Shown here in pieces: positions 59,771 through 64,000 of a stretch of DNA of 64,000 nucleotides. The notes below the pieces were generated by a model that was given only the letters and a program-made list of their open reading frames with translations, did not search any database and was not told where the DNA came from. The DNA lies in the NCBI GenBank assembly GCA_019456165.1, contig VRUJ01000002.1, forward strand, positions 54,794 to 118,793, written 5' to 3'. The position numbers and the translations under genes were made by a program. This DNA is from Chloroflexota bacterium. GTDB taxonomy: Bacteria; Chloroflexota; Anaerolineae; Anaerolineales; UBA11579. Within the stretch, counting starts at the first letter, position 1. Each line of letters starts with the position of its first letter.

Positions 59771-60661
59771 ATGCCAGACGACCAAGCTCTATATCGCGGC
59801 TTATACCGCATTCGCCGTTTTGAAGAAACCGTATTGAATGAGTTTTCCAGCGGTTTATTTTACGGCACAACACACACCTACCTTGGGCAAGAAGCTAACG
59901 CCGTTGGGGTATTAGACCACTTACAAAAGGAGGATATCGTTTTTAGCAATCACCGCTGCCACGGTCATTTCATCGCTTACGGAGGTGACCCGCGCGCCCT
60001 CTTCGCCGAATTAATGGGCAAAAAGACAGGGGTCACTGGAGGGCGTGGAGGCTCTCAGCACATCCATTGGAAAAACTTTTATTCCAATGGAATCTTGGGC
60101 AGCACGGTACCAGTTGGAACTGGGGCAGCCCTGGCAGAAAAATTCAAGGACAGCAACGCAGTAACGATTATCTTTTTAGGTGATGGAACTTTGGGCCAGG
60201 GAGTGGTGTACGAATCCTTAAACCTGGCTTCGCTATGGGACGTTCCAGTATTGTTCGTGGTCGAAAACAACCGCATCGCCCAAACTACGCCTATTGAGTT
60301 AGCGGTCGCCGGAGAAATCCCACCACGATTTAACGCTTTTGGTATCCCCACTACTGAGCTAAACACGAGCGACGTGTGTGAAATTCTGCCCACTGCGAGA
60401 GAACTCATCGCGGAAATCCGCGGCGAAGCTGCTCCACGCGCTTTGATACTGCATACACATCGCTTTGGGCCACATTCCAAAGGTGATGATACTCGTCCAG
60501 AAGAAGAAATCAAGCGCTTACACGCTAAGCATGACCCTATAAAAATCCACGCTGAACGCCTGGATAAGAACGCGCGCACTATTATAGAAACTGAAATTGA
60601 CGCTCAAATTTCTGAAGCTTTTGACCTCGCAAAAAATGACCCTTTGCCCGCATACATCTAA
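59771..60661 (+). CDS. TPP-dependent dehydrogenase E1 alpha subunit
   Basis: GQEA, HRCHGH, GDG...ENN TPP motif, RFGPHS. Confidence 0.93.
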   Translation: MPDDQALYRGLYRIRRFEETVLNEFSSGLFYGTTHTYLGQEANAVGVLDHLQKEDIVFSNHRCHGHFIAYGGDPRALFAELMGKKTGVTGGRGGSQHIHWKNFYSNGILGSTVPVGTGAALAEKFKDSNAVTIIFLGDGTLGQGVVYESLNLASLWDVPVLFVVENNRIAQTTPIELAVAGEIPPRFNAFGIPTTELNTSDVCEILPTARELIAEIRGEAAPRALILHTHRFGPHSKGDDTRPEEEIKRLHAKHDPIKIHAERLDKNARTIIETEIDAQISEAFDLAKNDPLPAYI

Positions 60662-60706
60662 AATGAAAAGTTATTTATAAACACACTTGGAAACCAATTA
60701 ACAACA

Positions 60707-61729
60707 ATGTCAACTGTCCTCGAATCCCTCAACACCAGTTTGCACCAGGCGATGACGCGGGACGAACGCGTCTACATGATAGGTGAGGATCTAATGGACC
60801 CATATGGTGGAGCATTCAAAGTCACGCGTGGGCTTTCCACAGAATTCCCAGAGCGCGTGCTCACCACACCTGTATCCGAGGCCGGCATAGTTGGTTTAGC
60901 AGGTGGTATGGCGCTGCGCGGTTTGCGTCCAGTAGTCGAGATCATGTTTGGCGATTTCATAACTCTTGCCGCTGACCAACTCATCAACGGTATCACCAAA
61001 TTTCATTGGATGTATAACCAACAAGTGAATGTCCCCATTGTGGTGCGTTTACCGATGGGAGGGCGCAGAGGATACGGCCCAACCCACAGCCAGACCCTAG
61101 AGAAACTTTTCCTTGGAGTGCCCGGTCTGCGAGTTCTGGCGCCTAGTGCGCTAGGAAACCCTGGGGATTTGCTTGAGAGGGCCATACTTGAGGATGATGG
61201 TCCCGTGTTGTTTGTTGAAAACAAACTGCTCTACCTCCAGGATATTATCGATCCGTCGGCTGAGGCTGAATTTGTTTTAATTTCAAATACTACGACAGAG
61301 ACTTACGCCCCAACGTACTCTCTTACTCTGAGAGATTCCCCACCGCCAATCCTTACCCTAACGGCCTATGGATATATGGCCGAGTTAGCCCGTGCCGCGG
61401 TATTGAAATTGGCATACGAACATGAAATTTTCTGCGAGATGATCGTGCTCACCCAGCTATCTCCATTTGAATCTAAAACCCTTCTACCTGTACCCTTACT
61501 AACTTCAATCCAACGTACCCAGCGATTATTAACTATCGAAGAGGGCGGCATTACAATGGGCTGGGGAGCAGAAGTGGTCGCCCGCGCCTCCGAAGCAGTA
61601 GGAGACGCCCTGCAAAGTGCCACGCGCGTCGCCGCAAGAGACATACCCATCCCTGCTTCTGTATCAATGGAAGAGATGGTGCTGCCTAGCGTAGATACCA
61701 TTGTCCAGGCTGCAAAAAAGATGGTATAA
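60707..61729 (+). CDS. TPP-dependent dehydrogenase E1 beta subunit
   Basis: GED, TPVSE, EIMFGDF, GYGPTHSQ, FVENK. Confidence 0.93.
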   Translation: MSTVLESLNTSLHQAMTRDERVYMIGEDLMDPYGGAFKVTRGLSTEFPERVLTTPVSEAGIVGLAGGMALRGLRPVVEIMFGDFITLAADQLINGITKFHWMYNQQVNVPIVVRLPMGGRRGYGPTHSQTLEKLFLGVPGLRVLAPSALGNPGDLLERAILEDDGPVLFVENKLLYLQDIIDPSAEAEFVLISNTTTETYAPTYSLTLRDSPPPILTLTAYGYMAELARAAVLKLAYEHEIFCEMIVLTQLSPFESKTLLPVPLLTSIQRTQRLLTIEEGGITMGWGAEVVARASEAVGDALQSATRVAARDIPIPASVSMEEMVLPSVDTIVQAAKKMV

Positions 61730-61738
61730 CCAGGTACG

Positions 61739-62845
61739 ATGTCTGAAGCAAATCCTGTAATTATCCCCCTTTTGAATACCAATGAGCCAGAAGCATTACT
61801 GGCCGGTTTACATATAAGCGAAGGGCAGCAAGTGAACCAGGGAGATATCCTCTGCACCCTCGAAACCACAAAATCCTCAGCAGAAGTGGAAGCCGAAAGT
61901 GACGGCTATGTGGTTGGGGTCGCATACTCGCAGGGTCAAACTGTGCGTGCTGGAGAAACCTTGTGCTACTTAGCAGATTCTCCTGATTGGAAGCCTGCTC
62001 AGAATAAACTCGCCACAGTTACTTCAGAGACAACCGACGAAATTCCAAATGGTTTACGCATCACTGCACCAGCTTTAGCTTTTGCAAAAGAACAAACCTT
62101 AGACCTTGCCAGCCTGCCCATCGGCCCATTGCTCACCGAAAAGGCAGTTCGCGATCTGCTGGATGGGCTAGCAGCCAAGCCAAACCTTTCTGCGCCAGAA
62201 GACCCTTATGACCCCAAGGCTATCGTAGTCTATGGAGGCAGCGGGCATGGAAAATCGGTGATCAACCTTTTACGGGAGCTAGGTACATATGATATCCATG
62301 GGGTTATCGACGATGGCATGCAAAAAAAATCTCCCGTTATGGATTTGTCAATCTTAGGGGGTAGTGAAGTTTTGGCAGACTTGTTCTCCCAGAAAATAAG
62401 ATTAGCCGTAAACGCAGTAGGCGGGATTGGCGACAATAAGATCCGAGAAAAAGTATTCAATAACTTAGCCACAGCAAGATTTTTCTCTCCCACAGTTATC
62501 CACCCTACCGCCTTCGTGGAACCCAGTGCCAGCCTTTCCCCGGGCGTCCAAGTGTTCCCGCATGCTTATATCGGCTCGGATGCAGTCGTCGAATTCGGTT
62601 GTATAATTAACACCGCAGCGATTATTTCACACGATTGTACCTTGGAAGAATACGTGAACATTTCACCAGGAGCAATTTTGGCTGGAGGTGTTCAGGTGGG
62701 CGCAAGATCGCTTATTGGTATGGGCGTCACAATTAATTTGAATGTAAATATCGGGCCGGGTGTGCGCATTGGCAATGGCGCCACGGTCAAATCTGACGTG
62801 CCTGAAAAAGGCTTGGTACGGGCCGGGATGATTTGGCCAAAATAG
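61739..62845 (+). CDS. Fusion of lipoyl domain, PSBD-like segment and PglD/NeuD-type sugar acyltransferase
   Basis: Lipoyl hairpin LETTKS; ITAPALAFAKEQTLDL...LTEKAV; PglD N-domain VYGGSGHGK; hexapeptide repeats with IISHDC. Confidence 0.88.
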   Translation: MSEANPVIIPLLNTNEPEALLAGLHISEGQQVNQGDILCTLETTKSSAEVEAESDGYVVGVAYSQGQTVRAGETLCYLADSPDWKPAQNKLATVTSETTDEIPNGLRITAPALAFAKEQTLDLASLPIGPLLTEKAVRDLLDGLAAKPNLSAPEDPYDPKAIVVYGGSGHGKSVINLLRELGTYDIHGVIDDGMQKKSPVMDLSILGGSEVLADLFSQKIRLAVNAVGGIGDNKIREKVFNNLATARFFSPTVIHPTAFVEPSASLSPGVQVFPHAYIGSDAVVEFGCIINTAAIISHDCTLEEYVNISPGAILAGGVQVGARSLIGMGVTINLNVNIGPGVRIGNGATVKSDVPEKGLVRAGMIWPK

Positions 62846-63032
62846 GTCAGAAAAAGTCGTCTTCCAATACATAATTTGGTTCTAATTTCTTCCAGCTATC
62901 TAAGCAATAAATTGGAAGAGATTCTAACAAGACTTGTAAAAGTCATACCTCAGAGAAAGAGAATTTTGTAATAATCGTTTTAACTCTTAGTATCTATGGA
63001 TAGGTTTGGATGTTAAATAATAGGATATTGGA

Positions 63033-64000
63033 ATGAGAAAGAAGGATCTTTTAATTTTATTAAGGGTTGTCCTGATCATTAGTTTCATTATTACGATTAG
63101 AAATGTTATTTTAATCTATTCCTTAGCAACTGAATATAGATTCATGTTTGCATCTCGGGTCATTACAACAATTGTTGGTCTTGGCATTGTCCTTGCTATT
63201 CTTCAGCTTTCCGTGCTAATTATTAGCTGGACGAATAAATGTGATATTATTTTTCACTGGCTAAGTCTTGGGTATCGTCTTATCAAACCTGGGCGATATG
63301 TCATTTTGATTGTGTATTTAGTAATTCTTGTGCGTTCCCCATACATTTTGAAAGGAGTTTTTTGGGATAATTGGATAGACATTCCCCCACCCCATCGTCT
63401 TTTATCTTTCATTAATGGTTATTTCTCAAACAAACTCTTTTGGCTAAGCGCGTTATGGAGCATCATTGTCGGAGGGGCATTATTATTGGACGCAGCGATC
63501 CCCTGGAGGAAATGGGGGTTTCAACGAAACACGCTATATATATTCCATCTGCTATTAATTGGGTTGGTAACAAAAATTACATCTTTCCTTCCATTAATAA
63601 CTAATTATCCTTTCAATTTAACCTGGTCTGAAGGTAGCCGTCTTTATTTCGTTTCAACTTTTTTTGATAATAAGATCTACGGTGCGGATTTACAGCTTCC
63701 GTTTATCGATATGAGTCAGCATTTACTTCGCACCATTCCATTTTTTATTACAGGGTTGCCAATTTGGGTTCACCGTCTATGGGAAGTAATGCTGTGGTTA
63801 GGACTTACATTCTTAACCTCAGTGTTATTAGCACACCGATTACGAATTAATAGCAGAATAATAAGATATATTTTTATCATATGGTCTTTCTTATTTATAT
63901 TTCAAGGGCATGTAATTTATAACTTGCTCGTGATTGTAATATTGATCTTTTGGGGATTCGACAGGCACAGATTATGGAAATCAATAATAATTATAGTAAT
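63033..64000 (+). CDS. Polytopic membrane protein, possibly GT-C type; runs off the window end
   Basis: Reading frame from ATG 63033 (MRKKDLLILL...YPFNLTWSEGSRLY...LPIWVHRLW), many TM segments, AT-rich; absent from the ORF track, presumably because no stop is reached. Confidence 0.65.
   Translation, partial: MRKKDLLILLRVVLIISFIITIRNVILIYSLATEYRFMFASRVITTIVGLGIVLAILQLSVLIISWTNKCDIIFHWLSLGYRLIKPGRYVILIVYLVILVRSPYILKGVFWDNWIDIPPPHRLLSFINGYFSNKLFWLSALWSIIVGGALLLDAAIPWRKWGFQRNTLYIFHLLLIGLVTKITSFLPLITNYPFNLTWSEGSRLYFVSTFFDNKIYGADLQLPFIDMSQHLLRTIPFFITGLPIWVHRLWEVMLWLGLTFLTSVLLAHRLRINSRIIRYIFIIWSFLFIFQGHVIYNLLVIVILIFWGFDRHRLWKSIIIIV

Noticed and set aside
59771-61729. Housekeeping pyruvate dehydrogenase pdhAB
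   Set aside because: No canonical E2 catalytic domain or E3 follows, and the context is a glycosylation locus, so no gene symbols were assigned

Overview
Chromosomal window from a bacterium that most resembles Chloroflexota/Anaerolineae (inference from Pro/Thr-linker lipoproteins, an AGAAC-N4-GTTCT LexA box and gene content). Housekeeping and metabolic blocks: ftsZ; nrdR-nrdJ-deoxynucleoside kinase; lutA-lutBC; aminotransferase-pckA; purA; lexA. No rRNA, tRNA or CRISPR array was seen. The main observations are five. (1) A glycosylation-locus module: a PglC-like phosphoglycosyltransferase, TPP-dependent E1alpha/E1beta, and an E2-like protein whose acyltransferase core is replaced by a PglD/NeuD sugar acyltransferase, suggesting lipoyl-dependent, CoA-independent sugar acylation. 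(2) An intact IS110 element inserted in a REP-like hairpin, with readable core dinucleotide, circle-junction promoter and bridge-RNA guide segments. (3) An F420 gene set (npdG, cofE, cofD, cofC, an LLM reductase) interleaved with purine-catabolism genes (ssnA, ygfM-like, xdhD-like) with no ygfK in the window. (4) A ferredoxin / flavoprotein / cytochrome b-like / 19-heme cytochrome c operon. (5) Smaller items: an uncharacterised Pol-beta-type nucleotidyltransferase, an exact 540-bp intragenic duplication, an anti-SD-loop sRNA candidate, a collapsed presequence-protease remnant, a RAYT pseudogene and an IS256. All functional calls come from motif recognition by eye; no searches were run.
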